NCBI GenBank assembly: GCA_025964405.1
Contig: JAOPYW010000005.1
Span: 1-35,722, forward strand
Direction: 5' to 3'
From: Thermoleophilia bacterium
GTDB taxonomy: Bacteria > Actinomycetota > Thermoleophilia > Gaiellales > SKUG01
DNA: 35,722 nucleotides
A program made the translations under genes and the position numbers. Shown here in pieces: positions 8,669 through 17,551 of the stretch (position 1 is its first letter; each line of letters begins with the position of its first letter). The notes under the pieces are model-generated. The model saw only the letters and a program-made list of their open reading frames with translations, made no database searches and was not told the DNA's origin.

Positions 8669-9469
8669 ATGGTCATGAGCGAACACCAGAAGCAGATCGG
8701 GCGCAACGAGCACGACGCCCGGGCCAGCAACGAACTCGTGAGCGTCCAGGGCGAGCGCGCGGCCCTGTCGGGCGATTCGGAGCTTGCGGTGCTGTGCGAG
8801 TGTGGTGACGCCTCATGCCACAAGCCGCTGGTGATGACGGTCGACCAGTACGAGGAGATCCGCGCCGAGCCCGCGCAGTTCGCAGTGCTCGTCGGCCATG
8901 AGATGCCCACGGCCGAGGACGTCGTAGCGACGCGTGACGGGTACCTGATCGTCAGGAAGCATGGCGACGCGGGTGTCATCGCGAACGCCGGCGACCCGCG
9001 CAACCACCTCAAGACCTGCCGCGTCGTGCTGGTCGACGACATCCCGGAGATCAGGTTCCTGCTCAAGATGCTCCTGGCCGCCGAGCCGAGCTGCGAGGTC
9101 GTCGGTGAGGCGAGCAACGGCGCGGAAGCGATCGAGGTCGTCGACCGCACCCGCCCGGAGCTGGTCGTGCTCGACCTGGAGATGCCGGTCATGGACGGGT
9201 GGCACGCCCTCCCGCACCTGCGTCGAGTCGCTCCGACGTCCCACATCGTGGTCTTCTCCAGCGCGGCGATCGACGGGCGCCTCGAGAAGCGCCTGACGAA
9301 CCTCGGCGCCTCACGGTTCGTGCGCAAGGGCGGCGACCCCGCCATCGTGATCCAGGCGATCCGCGAGGTCGCCCAGGCGGGCCGCGACCGAACCTTCGCC
9401 ACGGCCGGCGAAGGTGGGCGCACCGCGGGCACCGGTGCCGACGTGGGCCGCCGCGAGGGCGACGACTGA
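8669..9469 (+). CDS. Orphan response-regulator receiver protein with Cys-rich N-terminal domain and no recognisable output domain
   Basis: REC domain VVLVDDIPEIRFLLKMLL...ELVVLDLEMPVMDGWHALPHLR...IVVFSS...KG. The N-terminal ~110 aa contain CECGDASCHKP. The start may be the second ATG at 8675, which has better spacing to GACGAGGA. Confidence 0.7.
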   Translation: MVMSEHQKQIGRNEHDARASNELVSVQGERAALSGDSELAVLCECGDASCHKPLVMTVDQYEEIRAEPAQFAVLVGHEMPTAEDVVATRDGYLIVRKHGDAGVIANAGDPRNHLKTCRVVLVDDIPEIRFLLKMLLAAEPSCEVVGEASNGAEAIEVVDRTRPELVVLDLEMPVMDGWHALPHLRRVAPTSHIVVFSSAAIDGRLEKRLTNLGASRFVRKGGDPAIVIQAIREVAQAGRDRTFATAGEGGRTAGTGADVGRREGDD

Positions 9470-9563
9470 ACGGACGATCCCGTGCGGCCACGACTCGTGC
9501 GGCGAGGGCCACCTGCCGTCGGGGGAGCTGTCGCGCGACCCACGCCTGCGCGATGCTCGACCG

Positions 9564-10709
9564 ATGCAGGTCGCAGCCCCCACCGTGCGCGCGAGCACCG
9601 GCCCCGTCGCGGGTCCGATCGCCGACGTCGTGCAGCAGGTCGTTGACCGTTGGCGCGTGGCGCACCACGTTCCGGCGGTCTACGCGTCGGTGCGACGAGC
9701 AGGCGCGGCCGTGGCTGACGTGGCCAGCGGCGTGAGCAACCTCGGCACCGGGCGCAGCGCGCGCCCCACCGACCGCCTGTGGGCTGCGAGCGTCACGAAG
9801 ATGATGACCGCGGCGATGACGCTCCGGCTCGCCGAGCGTGGGGAGCTGTCGCTCGCCGATCGCGTCTCGACGTGGCTGCCCGAACTTCCGGAGGCCGGCC
9901 GCATCACGGTGCGCCAGCTCCTCAACCAGACGGCGGGCATCCCCGAGCTCTGGGAGATCCCCGGCCTCGAGGCCGACATCCGCTCCCCCGACGCCGCCCA
10001 GTGGTCGGAGCGCCAGCTGCTCGACGGCATCGCGGGCCTGCCGCGCACGCACGCGCCCGGCAGCCGCTTCGCGTATTCGAACTCGAACTACACCGTGGCG
10101 GGTGCCATCATCGAACGCGTCACCGGCAAGCCGCTCGGCCAGGTCTTCGAGGAGGAGCTCGCGACGACGCTCAACCTCGACGCACCCGAGGCGCGCCTCG
10201 ACGACGCACACGGCGCCAAACCGTCGAACGTGCACAGCTACGTGCGCACGCCCGGCGCGCCGATGGACGGCACACCCTACTTCGGCACCGACTCGGTCTT
10301 CCGCAGCGTGCTGGCCGGGGCCGGCAACCTCGTCTCGACCGCGCCCGCACTGGCGCAGCTCGGCGAATCGATCCTCGCCCAGGACGGCGGGGCGCTCACC
10401 CCGAAGTCGCGCGCCGACATGCAGCGGCTCCGGCGAGACGGGCACTACGGGCTCGGCGTATACGGCGGGCCGATCGGCACCAACGGCGGCTTCCGGGGAA
10501 CCTTCGTCGGCCACAACGGCGCGTTCGACGTCGGCGCGGGCGCGTACCTCGTGCACGTGCCCGAGCGCAACGAGACGATCGCCGTCATGGCCAACACGCA
10601 GGTCGACGAGGCGGAGTGGGGCGAGCTGCTCGGCGCGATCGTCGACGCGACTGGCCCGGTGCGCCCGCCCGGCGCCGCCCCGAAGGCCATGTCGGCCACC
10701 GGAGCCTGA
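9564..10709 (+). CDS. Serine hydrolase, beta-lactamase/transpeptidase-like (class C-type fold)
   Basis: SxxK motif ASVTKMMTA and YxN motif YSNSNY. The track ORF starts at 9414 but that overlaps the upstream gene. ATG 9564 is my preferred start and remains uncertain. Confidence 0.75.
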   Translation: MQVAAPTVRASTGPVAGPIADVVQQVVDRWRVAHHVPAVYASVRRAGAAVADVASGVSNLGTGRSARPTDRLWAASVTKMMTAAMTLRLAERGELSLADRVSTWLPELPEAGRITVRQLLNQTAGIPELWEIPGLEADIRSPDAAQWSERQLLDGIAGLPRTHAPGSRFAYSNSNYTVAGAIIERVTGKPLGQVFEEELATTLNLDAPEARLDDAHGAKPSNVHSYVRTPGAPMDGTPYFGTDSVFRSVLAGAGNLVSTAPALAQLGESILAQDGGALTPKSRADMQRLRRDGHYGLGVYGGPIGTNGGFRGTFVGHNGAFDVGAGAYLVHVPERNETIAVMANTQVDEAEWGELLGAIVDATGPVRPPGAAPKAMSATGA

Positions 10710-10772
10710 CGCTACCGGGCTGCACGTCGAGGAAGGGGCACGCTTCCAGTTCCCCCAGCCCTGGAGTTCCAC

Positions 10773-11159
10773 ATGCTCGTCTCGCAGACCGCCTCGCCGC
10801 TCGCCGGCCTCCGACAGATGATTGCGCCCCAGCCGCACGCCGAGCCCGAAGCCGCCCCGGCTCCGGCTCGGACCGAGGTACCCGCTGCGGCGCCCGCGGC
10901 GCCCGCCGCGCCCGCCGCGCAGAGCTCCGCGTGGACGCGCGGCGCCGTGCACCCGATGTGGATGGCGCCCCCGGCGCTCGGCATCAATGCCTCGTTGAGC
11001 GGCATGATCGACACGGTCAAGAACACGTTCCTGAAGCTCCGCATGAAGCCCGACGACCTCGCGGCCGCGCAGGTGAAGGCGGCCGTCGAGATGATGCAGG
11101 CCGACCAGGCGGCGCAGGGTCAGGGCGCCGTCGACGGCGCCGCAGCTGTCACCGGCTGA
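10773..11159 (+). CDS. Hypothetical protein with Ala/Pro repeat
   Basis: 128-aa ORF in a gap between confident genes. Coding-like third-position GC. No recognisable domain. Confidence 0.35.
   Translation: MLVSQTASPLAGLRQMIAPQPHAEPEAAPAPARTEVPAAAPAAPAAPAAQSSAWTRGAVHPMWMAPPALGINASLSGMIDTVKNTFLKLRMKPDDLAAAQVKAAVEMMQADQAAQGQGAVDGAAAVTG
10887..10919 (+). repeat. 9-bp tandem repeat (GCGGCGCCC/GCCGCGCCC, about 3.5 copies) encoding (AAP)n
   Basis: Read directly: gcggcgccc gcggcgccc gccgcgccc gccgcgc, lying within the hypothetical ORF 10773-11159. Confidence 0.6.
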
Positions 11160-11188
11160 ACCGCGGCGGCGCGGCCGACTGACATCGG

Positions 11189-12013
11189 TTAGCGGCGGGC
11201 GCGCACGCGACGTCGTACGGCATTGACCGCGAGCCCCGCGACGAGCGCGAGCACACCTGCCCGCGCGGCGGTGCTGCGGTGGAGCGGTGCGCGCACGCGG
11301 GTCGTGAAGCGCAGGATGCCCCAGCCCTCCGCCTCGGCCAGCGCACGCAGCTGCTTGTCGGGGTTCACGGCGTAGGCGCGCCCCGTGGCCTGCAGGAATT
11401 CCGCGTCGGTGATCGAGTCCGAATAGGCGACGCTCGCCGCGAGGTCGATCCCCTCCGCTGCCGCGAACGCCCGGAGGCGCGCCGCCTTGTCGGGCCCGTG
11501 ACACGGCGCCGACACCCGCCCCGTGAAGAGTCCGTCGACGACCTCGAGCTGCGTCGCGATGGCGCCGTCGAGCCCGAGCATGGCCGCGAGCGGTGCGATC
11601 ACCTCTTCCATCGTCGCGCTCACGGCGTAGACCGGCATGCCCTGCTGGTGGTGCTGCGCGATGCGCTCGATCGCCTCGTCGAACACCATCGGCCTGATCC
11701 GTCGCTCCAGCTCGGTCTCGACGACGTGCAGGAACGTGTCGCGCTTCCAGCCCGCCATCACGGCTGACACCACGTCGTTGGCCCGGTCGATCTGCGCGTG
11801 GTTCTGGCCCCGGGCCGCGAACACCGCCTGCCCGAGCATCGTGCGCACCACCTGACGCGCGGTCAGCAGCCCGTGCTGGCGCAGGGGCCGGGCCAGGTAG
11901 AGGCCACTCGCACCCGCGAGCAGCGTGCGGTCGACGTCGAAGAACGCGGCGCCGCGTGACGACGGGGTGACCGGTGGGCGCTGCTCGAGCAGCGTGGAAC
12001 TCGATTCGCTCAT
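11189..12013 (-). CDS. HAD-IB family hydrolase (SerB-like phosphatase fold)
   Basis: Motif I AAFFDVDRTLL. Motif-IV-like YSDSITDAEFL. C-terminal hydrophobic tail AGVLALVAGLAVNAV. Confidence 0.75.
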   Translation of the reverse strand: MSESSSTLLEQRPPVTPSSRGAAFFDVDRTLLAGASGLYLARPLRQHGLLTARQVVRTMLGQAVFAARGQNHAQIDRANDVVSAVMAGWKRDTFLHVVETELERRIRPMVFDEAIERIAQHHQQGMPVYAVSATMEEVIAPLAAMLGLDGAIATQLEVVDGLFTGRVSAPCHGPDKAARLRAFAAAEGIDLAASVAYSDSITDAEFLQATGRAYAVNPDKQLRALAEAEGWGILRFTTRVRAPLHRSTAARAGVLALVAGLAVNAVRRRVRARR

Positions 12014-12081
12014 GGCTCCACAGTACCCACTGCCCGGCGCGCGGGCGGGGCAGGTCTGCGCGTAGCTGCGCGGGCTGCGAC

Positions 12082-13212
12082 TTACAGCAGCGAGAGCGGC
12101 TTCTTGATGCGATCCATCGGGGCCGGCGGCTTGGGCTCCACCTTCGGGCGCCGCGCCTCGACGGCCTCGGCCAGCAGCTCGAACTGCACGGCGGCGTAGG
12201 GCGCCGGATCCTCGAACCGGCGCGCGACGATCGGCTCGCCTAGGTCGCCGCCCTCGCGCACGGCCTGCTCGAGCGGCACCGTCGCCAGCAGCGGCACCTG
12301 CAGCTCGTCGGCGAGCAGCTGCCCGCCGCCACGGCCGAACACCTGCGGTCCACCCTCGGGGTCTGACATCGTCTCGACGACGCCGAGCACGATCTGGTCG
12401 AGCTGCATCGCGCTGAGCGCCGAGCGCTTGGCAACCTTCTGCGCGGCCGACTGCGGGGTGGTTACGACGAGTGCTTCGGCGCGCGGCAGGAGCTGCCCGA
12501 GCGAGATGGCGACGTCTCCGGTGCCCGGCGGCATGTCGATCACGAGGTAGTCGAGGTCGCCCCAGTGCACGTCGCCGAGGAACTGCTCGAGCGCGCGGTG
12601 CAGCATCGGGCCGCGCCAGATGACGGCGGCGTCGGCATCGAGGAAGAAGCCGATCGACATCACGCGCACGTCGTGCGCGACGGGCGGCACGATCATCGAG
12701 TCGACGGTCACCGGCTTCTGGTGGATGCCGAGCATGGTCGGGATCGAGTAGCCGTAGACGTCGGCATCGAGCACGCCGACCTCATGGCCGCGGGCCTGCA
12801 GCGCGAGCGCGAGGTTCGCGGTGACCGTCGACTTGCCGACGCCGCCCTTGCCGCTGGTGACGGCGATCACGCGGCAGGAGTCGGGAATCGAGACGCCGGG
12901 GGAGCGGTGCTGGCGATCACCGTCGAGCTGGCCGCGGAGCGCGGTGCGCTGCTCCTGGCTCATGACGCCGAACTCGATGCGCGTCGAGGTGACGCCTTCG
13001 AGCCGGCCGACCGTGTCGTTGACCTGGTCCTTGAACGATTGCTTGAGCGGGCACCCGGGCGTGGTCAGCAGCAGGTGAACGAGCACTTGGCCGTGGTCGT
13101 CGATCGACACGTTCTCGATCATGCCGAGCGTCACGACGTCCTGTCGGAGCTCGGGATCCTGCACGAAGCGGAGTTCGGCGAGGAGCTGGTCGTGCGTGGG
13201 GCGCGAAGTCAT
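12082..13212 (-). CDS. mrp: Mrp/ApbC/NBP35-family Fe-S cluster carrier ATPase with N-terminal DUF59-like domain
   Basis: Deviant Walker A VIAVTSGKGGVGKSTVTANLA. N-terminal DPELRQDVVTLGMI...TTPGCPL (MIP18/DUF59). I moved the start to ATG 13212 (MTSRPTHDQ...). Confidence 0.9.
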   Translation of the reverse strand: MTSRPTHDQLLAELRFVQDPELRQDVVTLGMIENVSIDDHGQVLVHLLLTTPGCPLKQSFKDQVNDTVGRLEGVTSTRIEFGVMSQEQRTALRGQLDGDRQHRSPGVSIPDSCRVIAVTSGKGGVGKSTVTANLALALQARGHEVGVLDADVYGYSIPTMLGIHQKPVTVDSMIVPPVAHDVRVMSIGFFLDADAAVIWRGPMLHRALEQFLGDVHWGDLDYLVIDMPPGTGDVAISLGQLLPRAEALVVTTPQSAAQKVAKRSALSAMQLDQIVLGVVETMSDPEGGPQVFGRGGGQLLADELQVPLLATVPLEQAVREGGDLGEPIVARRFEDPAPYAAVQFELLAEAVEARRPKVEPKPPAPMDRIKKPLSLL

Positions 13213-13685
13213 TGGGGCATCGTATCGCGCATACGCGCACGTAGCGGCAGCGCACGGCTGCGGTGACGCCACTGCAACGTTGCCGTCACACCTGTTGCGG
13301 CGCGGTTCGCGTAGCTCCAGGATGATCCGCGGTCGGCGGTTCGAGCGGCGACGTCATACGTGCGCGACGGATCGCGCTACGATGGGACTGCTTATCAGGC
13401 AGTGGGCGGGTAGCACCCGCCAACACCACAGCTCGGCCCGCGCAAGCGGGTCGTTCTGCATGGTGAGGTCAGATCCCGAGCGGCGTCTTGCTGAACGATG
13501 CCATCGCTACCTCGGAGGTGATGAACCGAGAACCGCGGCAGGATGGGCCGCGAACGCCGGCAGCTCCGAGGCTGGAACGCCATGCGCGCCGCCGATCCCA
13601 TGGAGTGCATGCGATCGTTCGCCTCGCTCGTGCAATCGGGTCCACGGGAGAGCGACGAGCACACGCCCGCTACGGTCGAGCACGA

Positions 13686-14102
13686 TCAAGTGCTGACGTG
13701 GCCGTCTCGCAGCGCCGAAGGGCGCACTTGCCACCGCGAATGCGCCGTCTCCTCAGCCGCGATTCGGAACGTGTCCGGACCGCGCCCTATGCGGAGGTCG
13801 AACTTCGTGGCCTCGGTGAAATCCCGCCAGAAATAGGCGCCGACGATTCCCCCGCTCGCGCAGGCGGGAACAAGCGCCAGAAGCAGTTGAAACGCGTTCC
13901 ATTCGACCGGCACCACGATCACGTCGTTCCCATGACCCGGCCGGAGGTGGAACAGGAGCGTGAACAAGAACCACGCGACAACGGCAGCCCCGATCGATGG
14001 CCCGAGCACCGCGCTGCGGCCACGCTCGCAACGGTACGACGCGGTCGGTGACGGACGGGTCTGACCGACAAGCGCTGCGACCTGCTCCGTGAGATCGCTC
14101 AC
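13686..14102 (-). CDS. Hypothetical two-TM membrane protein, translationally coupled to DUF1015
   Basis: The GTG start at 14102 overlaps the upstream TGA (GTGA overlap). Two hydrophobic helices (AVLGPSIGAAVVAWFLFTLLFHL, AFQLLLALVPACASGGIVGAYFW). The region looks less GC-rich by eye than its neighbours. No homolog recognised. Confidence 0.4.
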   Translation of the reverse strand: MSDLTEQVAALVGQTRPSPTASYRCERGRSAVLGPSIGAAVVAWFLFTLLFHLRPGHGNDVIVVPVEWNAFQLLLALVPACASGGIVGAYFWRDFTEATKFDLRIGRGPDTFRIAAEETAHSRWQVRPSALRDGHVST

Positions 14103-15415
14103 AGCCCGATCAAGGAGGGATCCACCGCACGGTAGGCCACGCCGGTCGGAACCTTCGGGTAGTAGTAGGTCGACTTCTGGGGCAGCAGTTCGCCCGCCTC
14201 GGCCACCGCGTGGATGAGCATCGGGTCGATCTCGCGCATCACGAAGACGAGCGTGTCGGGGCCAGCGGCAGCCACTGCCTCATCGAGCACGCGCGTGTAG
14301 GAGACGCCGCCGCCCGCGGCGAGGTGGTCGGTCAGCACGGCGCCGCCGTCGAGCAGCAGTGCGTGCAGCGCGAGCACGTCGAGCTGGCGGGCGGCGTCGG
14401 CGCTGTCGGGAGCGGCGAGCTGCATGTCGAGCTCGTCGGGCACGGAGAGCAGGCGGATCGGTCGACCGCCGCCGAGCACCACGAAACCGGGCGCGTCGAG
14501 CAGCGCGAGCGCTGCGGTCGCCTCCTCGACCGTCGCGAACTCCTGGTCGGCGAAGGCGCCGGCCTCCACGATGAACCGGTCGAGCCGCGCCGGGTCGACG
14601 CCGCGCACGATGCGGTGGGTCGGGAAGACCACGATGCCGGGGTCGGCGCTGTTGACGACCATGGCCAGCACGCCGTTCTCCCACGAGCTCGACGTGTGGG
14701 GCGGTCCGACGTAGTCGGTGCCGCCGGCCTCGACGAGGTGCGGACGTCGCGCGTTCGCCTCCTGCTGGTACTCGAGCGCCGCGGTGTAGCGGTGATGCCC
14801 GTCGGCGATGAGCAGCGCGTGCGGTTCGACCGCGGCGGTGAACGCATCGGTCAATGCGATGTCGGTGACGAACCAGACCGCGCTCTGGGTGCCGTCGGCG
14901 TCGGTGCCGGTGAAGTCGGGCTCCTCGTCGGTCACCGAGGCGAACAGGTCGACGAGCGAGCGCTCGGGATCGTGATAGGCCAGGAAGACCGGACTGACGT
15001 TGGCGCCCGTGCCCCGCATGAGCTCGGTGCGCGCCTTGCGCGGGCCGTCGAACGTGCGCTCGTGCGGCAGCACGACACCCGAGCCGAACGGTGCCAGTCC
15101 GACTTCGCAGCAGACCGCGGTGCGCTCCCGACGTACCCCATCAGGGCCCACGAAGCGCTGGCGAACGACCGCGACACCGACCTCGCCCGCCGCGAGCGCG
15201 CCGCTCTCCAGCCAGTCGCGCAGCAGGCGGCCTGAGGTCGAGCTGAATCCGTCGGCCGGCACTTCGACGTTCATCGCCTGGTGGACGCTGCCGAGCGCGA
15301 TCGCATCGCGCTGCTCCGTCGTCACCACGTCGTAGGGCGGCGCGAGGAGTCGCCCCGGGTCACCGACCACGTCGGCGTCGTACCTGATGATGGGAAATGC
15401 GCGAGCTTCGGCCAT
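14099..15415 (-). CDS. DUF1015 domain-containing protein
   Basis: Only the 3' 438 codons of the 1002-aa track ORF are credible. Start ATG 15415 (MAEARAFPIIRYD...). The LLAPPYDVV motif and a ~440-aa length are typical of DUF1015. Confidence 0.75.
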   Translation of the reverse strand: MAEARAFPIIRYDADVVGDPGRLLAPPYDVVTTEQRDAIALGSVHQAMNVEVPADGFSSTSGRLLRDWLESGALAAGEVGVAVVRQRFVGPDGVRRERTAVCCEVGLAPFGSGVVLPHERTFDGPRKARTELMRGTGANVSPVFLAYHDPERSLVDLFASVTDEEPDFTGTDADGTQSAVWFVTDIALTDAFTAAVEPHALLIADGHHRYTAALEYQQEANARRPHLVEAGGTDYVGPPHTSSSWENGVLAMVVNSADPGIVVFPTHRIVRGVDPARLDRFIVEAGAFADQEFATVEEATAALALLDAPGFVVLGGGRPIRLLSVPDELDMQLAAPDSADAARQLDVLALHALLLDGGAVLTDHLAAGGGVSYTRVLDEAVAAAGPDTLVFVMREIDPMLIHAVAEAGELLPQKSTYYYPKVPTGVAYRAVDPSLIGL

Positions 15416-15505
15416 GTCCGCAAGCCTATCGCGTGGCCGGACCCGGGCGGGCGCGACTGCCGACCTGCCGCCCCTGCCCCGCCTGCACCGATACAGTGCA
15501 GCCTG

Positions 15506-16369
15506 ATGAGCGGTGACACACGCATAGCTGACGTCGCGCCCGGCCAGACGGTCGAGGGTGTCTACGCGGTCGTGCGCAAGCAGCGCCGCCTCGACAAGAA
15601 CGGCGACGCCTACCTCGTCGTCGAGCTGAGCGACCCGACCGGGCGCATCGAGGGCCGCATCTGGAAGAACGCCGACTGGTTCGACCGCAACATCCGCGAG
15701 GGCGATCGCGTTCGGGCCGTGGGGCGGGGCTCGAAGTTCCGCGACCAGGTGCAGCTCGAGATCCGCCGCCTCGACAAGCTCGAGCTCGACGGCAGTGATG
15801 CACCGACGGAGGCGTTCATCCCGGCCACGTCGCGTGACGCCGACGACCTCGCGGGGGAGCTCGACTTCCTCATCAGCGAGATCACGCACCCGGAGCAGCG
15901 CGCGCTGTGCGAGGCCGTGTGGCAGGGGCCGCTGCGCGACGACCTGCTCCACTCGCCGGCGACGGCGCTCGACCACCACGCCCATCTCGGCGGCCTCGTC
16001 GAGCACACGATCGCGGTGACCACGATCTGTCAGGCGGCGGCCGACCGGCATCCCAGCCTCGACCGTGACCTGCTGACCACGGCGGCGCTGCTGCACGACA
16101 TCGGTCGCGCGAAGGAGCTGCGCGCCGAGCTCGTGATCGAGGTCGACCGGGCGGGCGGGCTCGTCGGACACGTGCTGCTCACGCACGAGCTGCTGCTCGG
16201 CGCCGCGCTCGACGCGCGCCTCGACGTCAACGCCACGCCGTGGTGGCCCCAGTTCGTGCATGCCGTCAGCTCCCACCACGGACCCACCGAGCGCTGCCGC
16301 ACCCGCGAGGCCGTGGTGCTGGTCTCGGCGAACGCGCTCGACGCGCGCCTCGCCCAACGCGACCGCTGA
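15506..16369 (+). CDS. OB-fold + HD-domain nuclease (YhaM-like 3'-5' exoribonuclease family)
   Basis: Start ATG 15506 (MSGDTRIADV...). OB-fold region VEGVYAVVRKQRRLDKNGDAYLVVELSDPTGRIEGRIW. HD motifs HHAHLGGLVEHT and LLHDIGR. Confidence 0.65.
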   Translation: MSGDTRIADVAPGQTVEGVYAVVRKQRRLDKNGDAYLVVELSDPTGRIEGRIWKNADWFDRNIREGDRVRAVGRGSKFRDQVQLEIRRLDKLELDGSDAPTEAFIPATSRDADDLAGELDFLISEITHPEQRALCEAVWQGPLRDDLLHSPATALDHHAHLGGLVEHTIAVTTICQAAADRHPSLDRDLLTTAALLHDIGRAKELRAELVIEVDRAGGLVGHVLLTHELLLGAALDARLDVNATPWWPQFVHAVSSHHGPTERCRTREAVVLVSANALDARLAQRDR

Positions 16370-16447
16370 GGGCCGCGCGGCGGCCACCAAGGCCACCTGT
16401 TCGCCGCGGCGATTGCCGCCCCCTCGTTCGAGCGTGAGACTTGCGGC

Positions 16448-17095
16448 ATGATGATCCGCCGACTCCTCCCACAGCGTCACCGCATCCTCTTCGTGGTCGC
16501 GTTCGTACTGCTTCGCCTGGCGATCTACTCGATCTTCCTGTTCAAGTTCTTCGTGCTCATGACGCTGCCCCAGTCGATCCTGGCCTACGTCGCGAGCCTC
16601 GCGATCATCGCGGGCATCTGGAAGCTGGCCGGCTGGTACGTGCCCAAGCACGCCGGCGGCTCCCAGCAGGCCGGACCGATCGTGCATCCCCTCGTCGGCG
16701 CACCCGGCCAACTCGCCGGTGGAGCCGTGGCGACCGCACCGGTTGCCGCAGCCGCAACCGCCCCCGCAGCAGCCCCCGCAGCCGCCCCGCCACTGACGCC
16801 GGCATCGACCGCACCGAGCGCAGCGCCGGTCGCGCCCACCGCGCCCGTTCCCGCCGCAGCTGACGTCGCGGTGAACATCTTCGCGGTGCCCGCGATGCGC
16901 GTGACGGCCCCCGTGCTCGCCGCCGAGCCCACGGTCGTCGCGCCGATCGCGCCGGCCGCTCCCCATGACTCGGCCGCAGCCCTCGTCGCCGCGATGGGCT
17001 CGACCTGGCCGACCACCGCCGGCCCGAGCTTCGAGCGCCCCCTTCCGGCGTGGACGCCGCCGGCCGCGCCGCAGTTCACCGGCGCCCGCGCCTAG
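16448..17095 (+). CDS. Hypothetical membrane protein with Ala/Pro-rich low-complexity C-terminal half
   Basis: The N-terminus has three hydrophobic helices (ILFVVAFVLLRLAIYSIFLFKFFVL, ILAYVASLAIIAGIWKLAGW). The opposite-strand ORFs lack any such structure, so I prefer the plus strand. Confidence 0.45.
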   Translation: MMIRRLLPQRHRILFVVAFVLLRLAIYSIFLFKFFVLMTLPQSILAYVASLAIIAGIWKLAGWYVPKHAGGSQQAGPIVHPLVGAPGQLAGGAVATAPVAAAATAPAAAPAAAPPLTPASTAPSAAPVAPTAPVPAAADVAVNIFAVPAMRVTAPVLAAEPTVVAPIAPAAPHDSAAALVAAMGSTWPTTAGPSFERPLPAWTPPAAPQFTGARA

Positions 17096-17154
17096 CGCGC
17101 ACACCAAGGGCCCGCATCAGCGAGCCCTCGGCCGGTCTTCATCTATGGCGGTCG

Positions 17155-17439
17155 CTACACGAACAACGGGTTCTTCGGATTCGCCGCTGCGTGCGCATGA
17201 CCGAACAGGTTCATGCCGCCTGCTACACCAGCACCGATGCTGTGCAGCGCCAGGATCACGCCGCCGGCCCCGGCGCGCGTAGCGGCGATGCTGCTGAGGC
17301 CGCCGACCATGTTGAGCACGTCCATGGTGCCCTCGCCGATACGGGTGCCCTTGTCGGTCGCCTTCGTGTCGTTACCCCAGATGGGCTGCAGCACGAAGTT
17401 GCGCGTCCACTGATGACCTACACCGGTGATGAATGACAT
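17155..17439 (-). CDS. Small hypothetical protein (94 aa) with Gly/Ala-rich hydrophobic C-terminal half
   Basis: ATG 17439 follows GAGGAG with 5-nt spacing. Sequence MSFITGVGHQWTRNFVLQPIWGNDTK...GGLSSIAATRAGAGGVILALHSIGAGVAGGMNLFGHAH. No family recognised. Confidence 0.45.
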   Translation of the reverse strand: MSFITGVGHQWTRNFVLQPIWGNDTKATDKGTRIGEGTMDVLNMVGGLSSIAATRAGAGGVILALHSIGAGVAGGMNLFGHAHAAANPKNPLFV

Positions 17440-17551
17440 GTCGTCTCCTCTGGTGCGCGCTGGAGCGCGCTCGTCCTTGGGACCCATCCCCGAGTCCTCA
17501 CCTCAGGTCATCGATACGGGCATCGAAGATGTTGCAGGGTCGGGAGTCCCG

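Noticed and set aside
9189-11504. Long antisense ORFs: this 771-aa one, plus 2061-3521(-), 7825-9543(-), 18513-20069(+), 30322-31815(+), 22120-22887(-) and 25940-26884(-).
   Set aside because: All are extremely Arg/Ala/Gly/Pro-rich with no motifs. Each overlaps, on the opposite strand, a gene with clear catalytic motifs. They are typical high-GC shadow ORFs.
13330-13350. A tRNA-like T-arm motif GGTTCGAGC, plus a general look for tRNA/tmRNA genes.
   Set aside because: The flanking bases do not form a T-stem (cggcg/cggcg are not complementary). No acceptor or anticodon arms can be drawn. I found no tRNA in the window.
13435-13452. GGCCCGCGCAAGCGGG, identical to a hairpin segment I recall from E. 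coli RNase P RNA (M1), which suggested an rnpB gene.
   Set aside because: The universal RNase P core (GAGGAAAGUCCGGGC and the other conserved regions) is absent on both strands. The match is just a generic GC stem with a GCAA tetraloop.
14099-17107. A 1002-aa minus-strand ORF, the longest in the track.
   Set aside because: Only the last 438 codons (14099-15415) resemble a real protein (DUF1015). The upstream two thirds are Arg/Gly-rich antisense shadow of the plus-strand YhaM-like gene and the membrane-protein gene. Such shadows are common in high-GC DNA, where stop codons are rare.
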